This document shows, piece after piece, positions 1 to 5,856 of a stretch of 36,635 bases of DNA. This DNA is from a virus. The position numbers and the translations under genes were made by a program. Position 1 is the stretch's first letter. The number at the start of each line of letters is the position of its first letter. The stretch covers positions 1 through 36,635 of IMG/VR virus record IMGVR_UViG_3300045988_061832; one strand, written 5' to 3'. The notes under the pieces were generated by a model. That model saw nothing but the letters and a program-made list of their open reading frames with translations. It had not been told where the DNA came from and did not search any database.

Positions 1-5
1 AAACA

Positions 6-51
6 AAAACAGCTATCAAACCACGCATTTACGCAATTTAATAGCTGTTTT
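6..51 (-). terminator. Inverted repeat downstream of the tRNA 3' end (possible tRNA terminator), inside the att repeat
   Basis: AAAACAGCTAT (6-16) pairs with ATAGCTGTTTT (41-51). The loop is 24 nt. On the minus strand the 3' arm runs into TTTTTGTTT. The large loop makes it a weak call. Confidence 0.3.
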
Positions 52-53
52 GC

Positions 54-79
54 TGGAGCTGCTAACCGGGCTTGAACCG
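54..79 (-). tRNA. Displaced 3'-terminal fragment of a tRNA gene (T-loop, T-stem, acceptor 3' strand, encoded CCA); isotype not determinable
   Basis: The reverse complement reads CGG-TTCAAGC-CCGGT-TAGCAGC-T-CCA. The matching 5' acceptor strand GCTGCTA is absent at the expected position (about 120-135), so this copy is partial. Confidence 0.6.
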
Positions 80-179
80 GTGACCTCGTCCTTACCAAGT
101 AATCAAGGAAGCCCTATTTTCCTAGCTTTGCACTTGATTACAACACTAATACAACCCTTATTTTGTGTGATTGCTTGTG

Positions 180-1349
180 CTATTTTACCAGCTTTTTCAT
201 CTCATTAGACAGCTCTGTCCAATTCTGACCTGAGTGATTATATATGTCAGCGGTCGTTTCATACTTGGCATGACCAATGATTTTTTGAAGCTTCTCAGGT
301 TGCATACCGCAGTCCGCTGAAAGGGTGGCGAAAGTGTGACGACAGCAGTGTGGTGTTATCTCAGTGTCATACTTTTCAGTGTTCCTGCCGCTTTTCTGTT
401 TTGTAACAGTAGGCGGTGGAATTATGCCGCATTCAGCAAGTGCAGGATAGAAATTGCGCTTGCGAAAATTATTTGTGTCGCCGTTAAGTAAGAACTGCGT
501 CTGACTTTCGTTGTACCAGCTTTCGACAAAGCTTTTTATTTCAGGTATCTGCGGCGGCAGAGGAACTATTCTGTCCTTTCCAGCTTCAGTCTTGATACCG
601 CCGATTATGTAACCCTCGTCAAGATGTACGTTCTCTTTCTGTATACTGAAAACCTCACCAATGCGAAATCCTGTATATATCATGAACAGTATGACCTGAA
701 CGGATCTGTCAGAGGAATGCGCCCATAGTTTATCACGTTCTTCACTCGTGAAGATACGGCGTTCTTTCTTGACTTCTTTTGGCAGGACGATAAAGCTTGC
801 ATAGTTCTTGTCGATAATATCATTTTGTTCTGCGTACTTGCAGAGCTGAGAACATAGCTGCTTGATTTTCGCACACTGTGAGCGGCTGAAAGCTTTTGCA
901 CAGTCATCTATACAGCGCTGGTAATCTGCTGTTTTAAGGTCTGCTATCTTTCTGCCTGCGATACTGTCAAGATATCTCCAAGCCGTCTTGTAGCCCTGCT
1001 CGCCGCTTTTGGTGAGGTTTTCAAAGTGCTTTTCACTCCATTTTTGGTAAACCTGAGCAATTGTCAGAGTACCATATGGAATTTGTGTGCTGTTGAAATA
1101 TTTGTCGATAGCACCCTGAGCCTGCGTTCGTGTTTCGTATGCGCCAAGATATCTTCCCCCTGCTCCCGATATGGTTTTAGGGGCATAAGCAAGATAGTGG
1201 CGCAGTCCGTTTCTTTGGTCAAATCTTATCGTGCCTGTTCCTCTTGCTCTGCGACGTGTTTTTCGTTTGGTGGTTTCCTGCTTCTTGCCACAGTAGTTGC
1301 AGTAAATTGAGCCGTCAGGAATTTCCTTACGGCATTTTTTACATAGCAT
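180..1349 (-). CDS. int: Tyrosine recombinase / phage integrase with N-terminal zinc ribbon
   Basis: 389 aa. N-terminal CKKC-x12-CNYC. Catalytic motifs TGFRIGE (Arg), HCCRHTF (H-x-x-R) and GHAKYETTADIYNH (His...Tyr). AGGAGG SD upstream of the ATG. Adjacent to attL. Confidence 0.93.
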   Translation of the reverse strand: MLCKKCRKEIPDGSIYCNYCGKKQETTKRKTRRRARGTGTIRFDQRNGLRHYLAYAPKTISGAGGRYLGAYETRTQAQGAIDKYFNSTQIPYGTLTIAQVYQKWSEKHFENLTKSGEQGYKTAWRYLDSIAGRKIADLKTADYQRCIDDCAKAFSRSQCAKIKQLCSQLCKYAEQNDIIDKNYASFIVLPKEVKKERRIFTSEERDKLWAHSSDRSVQVILFMIYTGFRIGEVFSIQKENVHLDEGYIIGGIKTEAGKDRIVPLPPQIPEIKSFVESWYNESQTQFLLNGDTNNFRKRNFYPALAECGIIPPPTVTKQKSGRNTEKYDTEITPHCCRHTFATLSADCGMQPEKLQKIIGHAKYETTADIYNHSGQNWTELSNEMKKLVK

Positions 1350-1364
1350 ATTTTCCTCCTATTC

Positions 1365-1393
1365 TTGACACTTCCTTGAAAGTGTGCTACAAT
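1365..1393 (+). promoter_or_regulatory. Orphan near-consensus sigma-A-type promoter on the plus strand
   Basis: TTGACA (1365-1370), 17-bp spacer, TACAAT (1388-1393). The spacer contains the inverted repeat ACACTT-N6-AAGTGT (1368-1385). No plus-strand ORF follows. Confidence 0.4.
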
Positions 1394-1395
1394 AA

Positions 1396-1414
1396 AAGGG
1401 CAAAATTCGCCCTT
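1396..1414 (-). terminator. Intrinsic terminator ending the leftward lysogeny operon before int
   Basis: Stem AAGGGC/GCCCTT with a 7-nt loop. On the minus strand it is followed by TTTTATTGT. Confidence 0.45.
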
Positions 1415-1510
1415 TCTTAATGGGTTAGTGTGAATTTTAATCGAGCTGATACTGTCAATATCAGTTCACCTGTCCTCTGAGTGCTGTCAACGCTCGGAGG
1501 ACTTTTTTTG
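1400..1510 (+). ncRNA. Candidate ~110-nt non-coding transcript (promoter-to-terminator unit)
   Basis: Lies between the 1365-1393 promoter and the 1474-1514 terminator. Has an internal hairpin CTGATA/TATCAG (1446-1464). No ORF beyond 2 codons. Confidence 0.25.
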
Positions 1511-1514
1511 TTTT
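1474..1514 (+). terminator. Plus-strand intrinsic terminator abutting the stop codon of the convergent gene 1513-2388
   Basis: CCTCTGAG (1474-1481) pairs with CTCGGAGG (1493-1500, one G-U pair), then AC-TTTTTTT-G-TTTT. Confidence 0.5.
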
Positions 1515-2388
1515 AATGGCATGCAGCACAAGCCGTGTATCCTGCTTGTATTGCCTGCTCCTCAGTCATTGCAGTGCAGCTGTCACTGTAGTATCTGCAA
1601 GACCTCGTGTGGTATTTATCACCTGTAGGCGTGATATAAACAATCTCCTGCTGCTGAGCAGTTGTAGTAGTTTCAGTTGTGGTCTTAGGTGGCTCAGTTT
1701 CAGTTTCGGTGGTAGTCACAGTTGTTGTGGTTGTTGTTTCAGCTTTTTTACCCATATCAACCGTAATCGTTATAGGCTCTGACGTTACGCCGTCATATGT
1801 AGCCGTGATATCCGCAAAGCCGTCTTTGAGAGGAATAATTTCATATATGACCTGAGCATAGTTTGAATCCTTATACTCTATCTTGCAAATATTGCTGTTT
1901 GAAATCTGTATCTCAGGCGGCGATATCTCATTGGCTTTCTTTCCGTCTACTTTCAAATATAAATCAGGTATATAAGCCTTTGAGTTGACCGAGATATCGG
2001 ACTGTGTCCATTCAAGTGTAATGCTACTGCCATTGCCATTCTTGTTTTTGCCTATAACAACAGCCATTACAAGGCATATCATTATAAAAATTATACCTAT
2101 GCAAGCAGCAACTATCAAGCAGCCACTTGGCTTAGCTGCACCTGTGGAACTACCACAAACTTTTCTACCTTTTGCTTTTGACTTTGAACGTGACTTCTTC
2201 TTGCCTCCTGACGCAGTGGTATATGATAGCCCCGTTCCAGGTATACCGAAAGTGCTTGTCCGCCGGCCTTTACTGTTCAGTGTAAACCTTGCACCTTTGC
2301 CGCCAAAGCTGACACCAAAAGACTTCTTGTTCAAATTGAGCCGTGTATGTTTGCCAAGCTTTATGCTTTTGCGAAATCTTAACCCCAT
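1513..2388 (-). CDS. Membrane-anchored envelope protein: DUF4236-like N-terminus, TM helix, beta-rich (Ig-like?) region, Thr-rich stalk, C-terminal His/Cys metal-binding-like tail
   Basis: 291 aa. The N-terminus MGLRFRKSIKLGKHTRLNLNKKSFGVSFGGKG resembles DUF4236 as I recall it. TM segment CLIVAACIGIIFIMICLVMAVVIG. Linker TTTTTVTTTETETEPPKTTTETTTT. C-terminus VYITPTGDKYHTRSC...GYTACAACH. AGGAGGG SD. Confidence 0.75.
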   Translation of the reverse strand: MGLRFRKSIKLGKHTRLNLNKKSFGVSFGGKGARFTLNSKGRRTSTFGIPGTGLSYTTASGGKKKSRSKSKAKGRKVCGSSTGAAKPSGCLIVAACIGIIFIMICLVMAVVIGKNKNGNGSSITLEWTQSDISVNSKAYIPDLYLKVDGKKANEISPPEIQISNSNICKIEYKDSNYAQVIYEIIPLKDGFADITATYDGVTSEPITITVDMGKKAETTTTTTVTTTETETEPPKTTTETTTTAQQQEIVYITPTGDKYHTRSCRYYSDSCTAMTEEQAIQAGYTACAACH

Positions 2389-2411
2389 AAACGTTTTCCC
2401 TCCTGTTTTTT

Positions 2412-2963
2412 TTAACTTTGCTCACAACAACTGCAAGGAACGTATCCTAAAGAAGTCATATGAGAATATGTTTCCATAGGCCATATAGTAAACAGTAAAT
2501 CCAAGTCAAACTCTTTCCAGTGTAAGTCAGGACAATCTATATTCTCGTGGAAAACAAGTGTATGCTCGCCATACTGAGGCTCAGATGTATAGTAGGTTTT
2601 CAATGGCTCACTATACTCAGTTTCCTGTGTCTCATCAGGGCAATCATCATTATCCAATACTGTTGGAGTTTCAATCCATGCAGATGTAGTTGTCGTAGTT
2701 GTTGTAGTTTCAGTAGTAGTCGTTGTGGTAGTTGTATCAGAAGTTGTTGTTTCTGATGTTTTGGGCATTGTGACAGTAGTTGTAGGAGTTGTGGTTGTTG
2801 TAAACGTCGTCGCAGGATTGAAAGACGGCTTCCACGTTGCATATGTAGAAGTTGTAGTTTTGCTCTGAGCATTTTCAACTTTTATGTTTGTCGTCTGCTC
2901 AGACTTGCCACATGAACTGCAAACTATCATAGTGATAAAAGTCAATATAATTATTTTCTTCAT
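2412..2963 (-). CDS. Putative lipoprotein with long Thr-rich stalk and degenerate C-terminal His/Cys tail
   Basis: 183 aa. Signal peptide MKKIIILTFITMIVCSSCG with a lipobox-like Cys. Poly-Thr tracts. C-terminus FHENIDCPD...SLGYVPCSCCEQS. Confidence 0.75.
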   Translation of the reverse strand: MKKIIILTFITMIVCSSCGKSEQTTNIKVENAQSKTTTSTYATWKPSFNPATTFTTTTTPTTTVTMPKTSETTTSDTTTTTTTTETTTTTTTTSAWIETPTVLDNDDCPDETQETEYSEPLKTYYTSEPQYGEHTLVFHENIDCPDLHWKEFDLDLLFTIWPMETYSHMTSLGYVPCSCCEQS

Positions 2964-2980
2964 TTTGTCATCCCCTATAT

Positions 2981-3193
2981 CTACATTGTCTCGACTTCTT
3001 CAAGCGCATCAAAGCTGAAAAAGTCACCTCTGACTATATGCTCCATTTCGTGAGCTATAGTCTTTTTTTGTTCCTCATAGGATAGCCTAGAGTTTATGTA
3101 TATATTATAAAATCCGTCAGAATCCATTGCTGTCACTCCCTTTACCGATATAGGCAAAGGAACGTATCTAATGCAATAATCCAATCTATTCAC
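2981..3193 (-). CDS. Minimal ImmA/IrrE-type zinc metallopeptidase (candidate anti-repressor protease)
   Basis: 70 aa. GFYNIYINSRLSYEEQKKTIAHEMEHIV contains HExxH. GTG start overlaps the repressor stop by 8 nt. No good SD, so the start is uncertain. Confidence 0.6.
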   Translation of the reverse strand: MNRLDYCIRYVPLPISVKGVTAMDSDGFYNIYINSRLSYEEQKKTIAHEMEHIVRGDFFSFDALEEVETM

Positions 3194-3572
3194 TATCCTT
3201 TTGCATACGCTTTAAAATCTCAACTGTAGCTTCTATATCCTCTTTGGTGACGTTCTTTGACACACTAAAGAGGATCTTCATTTCTGGTCGTGTTCTCAGC
3301 TCATCTATTATATCTCTTGTTTCGTCATCAAGATATATAGGCTCGTTGTGTGCTTCGACTTTGATATTATCTTCACCGTTCAACAAATAATCAACAGAAA
3401 CTCCGAAATATTCAGCTATCTTTGATAGTGTATCTGTAGATAACTTCTTTTTTCTGCCTGCTTTTAAATCGGTTAAAGAGCCTCTGCTTGCACCTGTTTC
3501 TTTGCACATTACTGTTACATTTATATTTCTCTTTTTGCACAAGCTTTCAATTCTATTGTACAATTCTGACAT
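3186..3572 (-). CDS. XRE/cI-type HTH repressor (ImmR-like)
   Basis: 128 aa. N-terminal HTH_XRE signature ESLCKKRNINVTVMCKETGASRGSLTDLKAGRKKKLSTDTLSKIAEYFGVSVDYLL. GAGGTG SD. Divergent from the early operon. Confidence 0.9.
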   Translation of the reverse strand: MSELYNRIESLCKKRNINVTVMCKETGASRGSLTDLKAGRKKKLSTDTLSKIAEYFGVSVDYLLNGEDNIKVEAHNEPIYLDDETRDIIDELRTRPEMKILFSVSKNVTKEDIEATVEILKRMQKDSE

Positions 3573-3594
3573 AGTTACACCTCATAATTTGTGT

Positions 3595-3622
3595 AATATA
3601 ACAAAATTACGCAAAAGAGTAA
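3595..3622 (-). promoter_or_regulatory. Weak leftward promoter candidate close to the repressor gene (PRM-like)
   Basis: Minus strand reads TTACTC (3622-3617), 16-bp spacer, TATATT (3600-3595). The -35 overlaps the right half of operator O1. Confidence 0.3.
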
Positions 3623-3624
3623 TT
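3605..3624. promoter_or_regulatory. Operator O1, perfect palindrome AATTAC-N8-GTAATT
   Basis: AATTACGCAAAAGAGTAATT. First of three related sites in the repressor/early intergenic region. Confidence 0.6.
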
Positions 3625-3629
3625 TTCAC

Positions 3630-3658
3630 TTGACAATTACGCAAAAGTGTAATATAAT
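3630..3658 (+). promoter_or_regulatory. Rightward early (lytic) promoter, full consensus
   Basis: TTGACA (3630-3635), 17-bp spacer, TATAAT (3653-3658). Operator O2 fills the spacer. Confidence 0.7.
3635..3654. promoter_or_regulatory. Operator O2
   Basis: AATTACGCAAAAGTGTAATA. Differs from O1 at 2 positions. Lies between the -35 and -10 of the rightward promoter. Confidence 0.6.
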
Positions 3659-3669
3659 ACAGTCAAGGC

Positions 3670-3688
3670 AATACGCAAGAGCGTAATA
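3670..3688. promoter_or_regulatory. Operator O3 (degenerate)
   Basis: AATACGCAAGAGCGTAATA. Same GCAA-purine-rich core and GTAAT arm. Sits just downstream of the predicted rightward start site. Confidence 0.45.
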
Positions 3689-3706
3689 TTTGTATCTGGT
3701 AAATAT

Positions 3707-3735
3707 ATTATATTACATTTAAACGTAACTGTCAA
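3707..3735 (-). promoter_or_regulatory. Leftward full-consensus promoter facing the rightward promoter
   Basis: Minus strand reads TTGACA (3735-3730), 17-bp spacer, TATAAT (3712-3707). The predicted start near 3700 would transcribe through O3-O1 into the repressor gene. Confidence 0.5.
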
Positions 3736-3772
3736 TATGTAAAACACATATTAGTGTGAATATTATGCAAAG

Positions 3773-4030
3773 GTGGTGTTAATTATTAGTGAACGTAAAA
3801 GACCGCTGACTGAGTACGGCGTGGAAGTCAAGGTGCGACTTGTTAAGCTCAACAAGACACAGAAGTGGCTCATTGAGGAAGTCAAGAAGCTTCTTCCTGA
3901 AACTTATCTCGACACATCTAATCTGTATAAGATAATGACAGGCGAGATAAAGTCTACCAAGATAGAAACGGCTATCAATGAAGTCCTTGACATTAATTAT
4001 ACTCAGAACGCTGAAAATGTCAACAGCTAA
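3773..4030 (+). CDS. Cro-like / HTH early regulator (tentative)
   Basis: 85 aa, first rightward ORF. LNKTQKWLIEEV...SNLYKIMTGE looks HTH-like. The listed GTG lies inside the SD AAAGGTGG, so the true start may be ATT at 3782 or 3785. Confidence 0.55.
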   Translation: MVLIISERKRPLTEYGVEVKVRLVKLNKTQKWLIEEVKKLLPETYLDTSNLYKIMTGEIKSTKIETAINEVLDINYTQNAENVNS

Positions 4031-4038
4031 CAGTCCGA

Positions 4039-4254
4039 TTGAACGGACAGAAAATGAGGTGTGAGAAAGTGGAACAGAAAATTACTGCTATTCCAAGAGG
4101 GTGTGACAGTGCCAGGGTTGAGCAGGTGATCGTAACAAGAGCCTTGAAAGGTGCAGGAACAGAAGATGACCCCTGTAGAGAGGTCATTCAGTATTGGACT
4201 CTTGACGGAGAGCTGATTGTAACAAGGTCACAATATGAGGGGGGCAAACGTTGA
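4039..4254 (+). CDS. Hypothetical early protein
   Basis: 71-aa ORF. Alternative starts are ATG 4054 or GTG 4069 (GAGGTG SD 7 nt upstream of 4069). Tightly packed with its neighbours. Confidence 0.5.
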   Translation: MNGQKMRCEKVEQKITAIPRGCDSARVEQVIVTRALKGAGTEDDPCREVIQYWTLDGELIVTRSQYEGGKR

Positions 4255-4589
4255 ATTTGAAAAAGATAGCGTACTATCTCGGTATTGCGTTGTGTCTAGC
4301 AAGTCCGCTTGCATTCGGTATATGTATGCTAATAGGGCTTGACAACACAATTCCGTTGTCTCTCATGATAACTAGCAATGTTTGCAGGATATGTTCGCTG
4401 GAAGCAGAAATGACAGAAAACACAATGAGGAGTGACAAAGCAATGAAACTGTACAAGGTAACGACGATAGACCAGTATCATTATAAAAGGGTGTTCACAG
4501 TAGCAGCAAAGAGTCAGTACGAGGCTCTGACAAAGGCAAGTGTTATTTGTCCCCATGAGAATGTTTTGACTATCGAGGAGGTGAGCTAA
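4251..4589 (+). CDS. Hypothetical membrane protein
   Basis: 112 aa. TTG start 7 nt after GAGGGGGG, overlapping the previous stop. N-terminal hydrophobic helices IAYYLGIALCLASPLAFGICMLIGL. Confidence 0.6.
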   Translation: MNLKKIAYYLGIALCLASPLAFGICMLIGLDNTIPLSLMITSNVCRICSLEAEMTENTMRSDKAMKLYKVTTIDQYHYKRVFTVAAKSQYEALTKASVICPHENVLTIEEVS

Positions 4590-4790
4590 ATGTTCAAAGT
4601 GATATCATCGGCAGAGGCGGTGGAACGGCTGAAAGCCGCAGGCTTCAACACAAATGTGAACAGGCTGAACGCAGGGCTCAGACAGGGCGTGTATCCTTTC
4701 GGGTGTGCCATTAAGCTTAACGAGTATGTGTATGAGATATACTCAACGCTGCTTGACAAGTGGATAGCAGAGAGATCAGAAAGGACGTGA
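4590..4790 (+). CDS. Small early protein, possibly DNA-binding (excisionase/MerR-like HTH is only a weak guess)
   Basis: 66 aa. GAGGAGGTG SD. ATG immediately follows the previous stop. Confidence 0.6.
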   Translation: MFKVISSAEAVERLKAAGFNTNVNRLNAGLRQGVYPFGCAIKLNEYVYEIYSTLLDKWIAERSERT

Positions 4791-4794
4791 GAAA

Positions 4795-4995
4795 ATGATA
4801 GCCGTGTTAGAGATAATCAGATGTGCCGCAGCGGTAGCGCTCTTGGTGGTGCTTGCAATGTATGTAGCATACAGGTGGTATGTAAGCGTAAAAGAAACTG
4901 CCTATGAGGAAGCAGAGGAGAGCATAAAGCGTGCGGTGAGAGAAGCAGGCAGACCCGTGGTCAAGGTCGAAGTTGAAATGAAAGGAAAGTGGTAA
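4795..4995 (+). CDS. Small single-pass membrane protein
   Basis: 66 aa. Hydrophobic N-terminus IIRCAAAVALLVVLAMYVAY followed by a charged tail. Confidence 0.55.
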   Translation: MIAVLEIIRCAAAVALLVVLAMYVAYRWYVSVKETAYEEAEESIKRAVREAGRPVVKVEVEMKGKW

Positions 4996-4996
4996 A

Positions 4997-5137
4997 ATGG
5001 CGTTGATACTGCTGATAACAATAGCTGTGCTTGCAGTGATAGATGTAGTGATGTATCTTGTGCTGAGCGTGGTGGATAGGCACTGGGAGAAACGCTTTGA
5101 GAAAGAGGAGGATAAGAACAATGAAAGTTCTGATAGC
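4997..5137 (+). CDS. Tiny single-pass membrane protein (below the ORF-track cutoff)
   Basis: My own translation gives MALILLITIAVLAVIDVVMYLVLSVVDRHWEKRFEKEEDKNNESSDSL (46 aa). The ATG is 1 nt after the previous stop. Confidence 0.4.
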
Positions 5138-5856
5138 CTGTGAAGAATCACAAGAGGTCTGCAAGGCATTTCGTGCAAAAGGGCACGAAGCATATAGCTG
5201 CGACATTCAGATGTGTTCAGGTGGTCACCCTGAATGGCATATATGCAATGATGTTTTGGATATTATCAATGGCAATACCGATTTCTTCACCTGTGACGGC
5301 AAGCAGCATACTGTTGAAACATGGGATATGATTATCGCACCCACCGTGTACATACCTGACCAACGTGGCTACACGCCACTATAGTTTGAAATGCACACCT
5401 GCTGAAAAGGTGGTCGAGCGTATGAAACACCGTGAAGAATCAATAGTATTTTTTATGCAGATTGTGTCGGCGAACGCACCGAAAATTGCAGTGGAAAACC
5501 CTATAGGGCGTATGAATACTGTATTCAGAAAGGCAGATCAAATAATTCACCCATATATGTTTTCAAACGGACCGGAAGACTCAGAACAGTTTGTCACAAA
5601 GGCGACGTGTTTATGGCTAAAGGGGCTGCCTGTCCTACGACCAACATATACAGGGGACAGGCCTGATAATGGCAAGCTGTTTGGACGATATTCTAATGGT
5701 AAATCACGCACATGGGAAGAAACACGTCATTCTGGCAAAGATCGTGCTAAGGTAAGGAGCAAAACGTTTAAAGGTATTGCTTTTGCAATGGCTGAACAAT
5801 GGGGAAAGATTAAGGAGGATAAAGATGATACCGATGATAACGAAAGAGGAGTTTGA
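5121..5856 (+). pseudogene. C5 cytosine DNA methyltransferase-like gene interrupted by a frameshift
   Basis: Frame A reads MKVLIACEESQEVCKAFRAKGHEAYSCDI...WDMIIA and stops at 5384. Frame B (+1) continues HPPCTYLTN...KIAVENPIG (PPC and ENP motifs). The frames must join within 5332-5340. AGGAGG SD precedes ATG 5121. Confidence 0.75.

Larger units (their letters stand above)
1..79. repeat. attL: left copy of the 79-bp perfect direct repeat
   Basis: Bases 1-79 are identical, base by base, to 36557-36635. The integrase gene is immediately inside. Confidence 0.9.

Noticed and set aside
80-140. Possible continuation of the left tRNA copy into a full tRNA gene (minus strand)
   Set aside because: The 5' acceptor strand GCTGCTA is missing. 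The best anticodon-arm pairing (CCTTG/TAAGG) leaves a 9-nt loop. This looks like phage-side sequence next to a displaced 3' fragment, not an intact tRNA.
1026-1310. 94-aa plus-strand ORF inside the integrase gene
   Set aside because: Entirely antisense to a well-supported integrase ORF. No SD and no recognisable motif.
1640-2830. Repetitive ACA/ACT/ACC-rich DNA that could be mistaken for a tandem-repeat or CRISPR-like array
   Set aside because: It is the coding sequence of the poly-Thr stalks in two proteins (minus strand). The units are irregular and there is no repeat-spacer periodicity.
5097-5120. Upstream extension of the methyltransferase ORF (MRKRRIRT...)
   Set aside because: AGGAGG lies 8 nt upstream of ATG 5121, and homologues as I recall them start MKVLIACE. 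The extension is just open frame.
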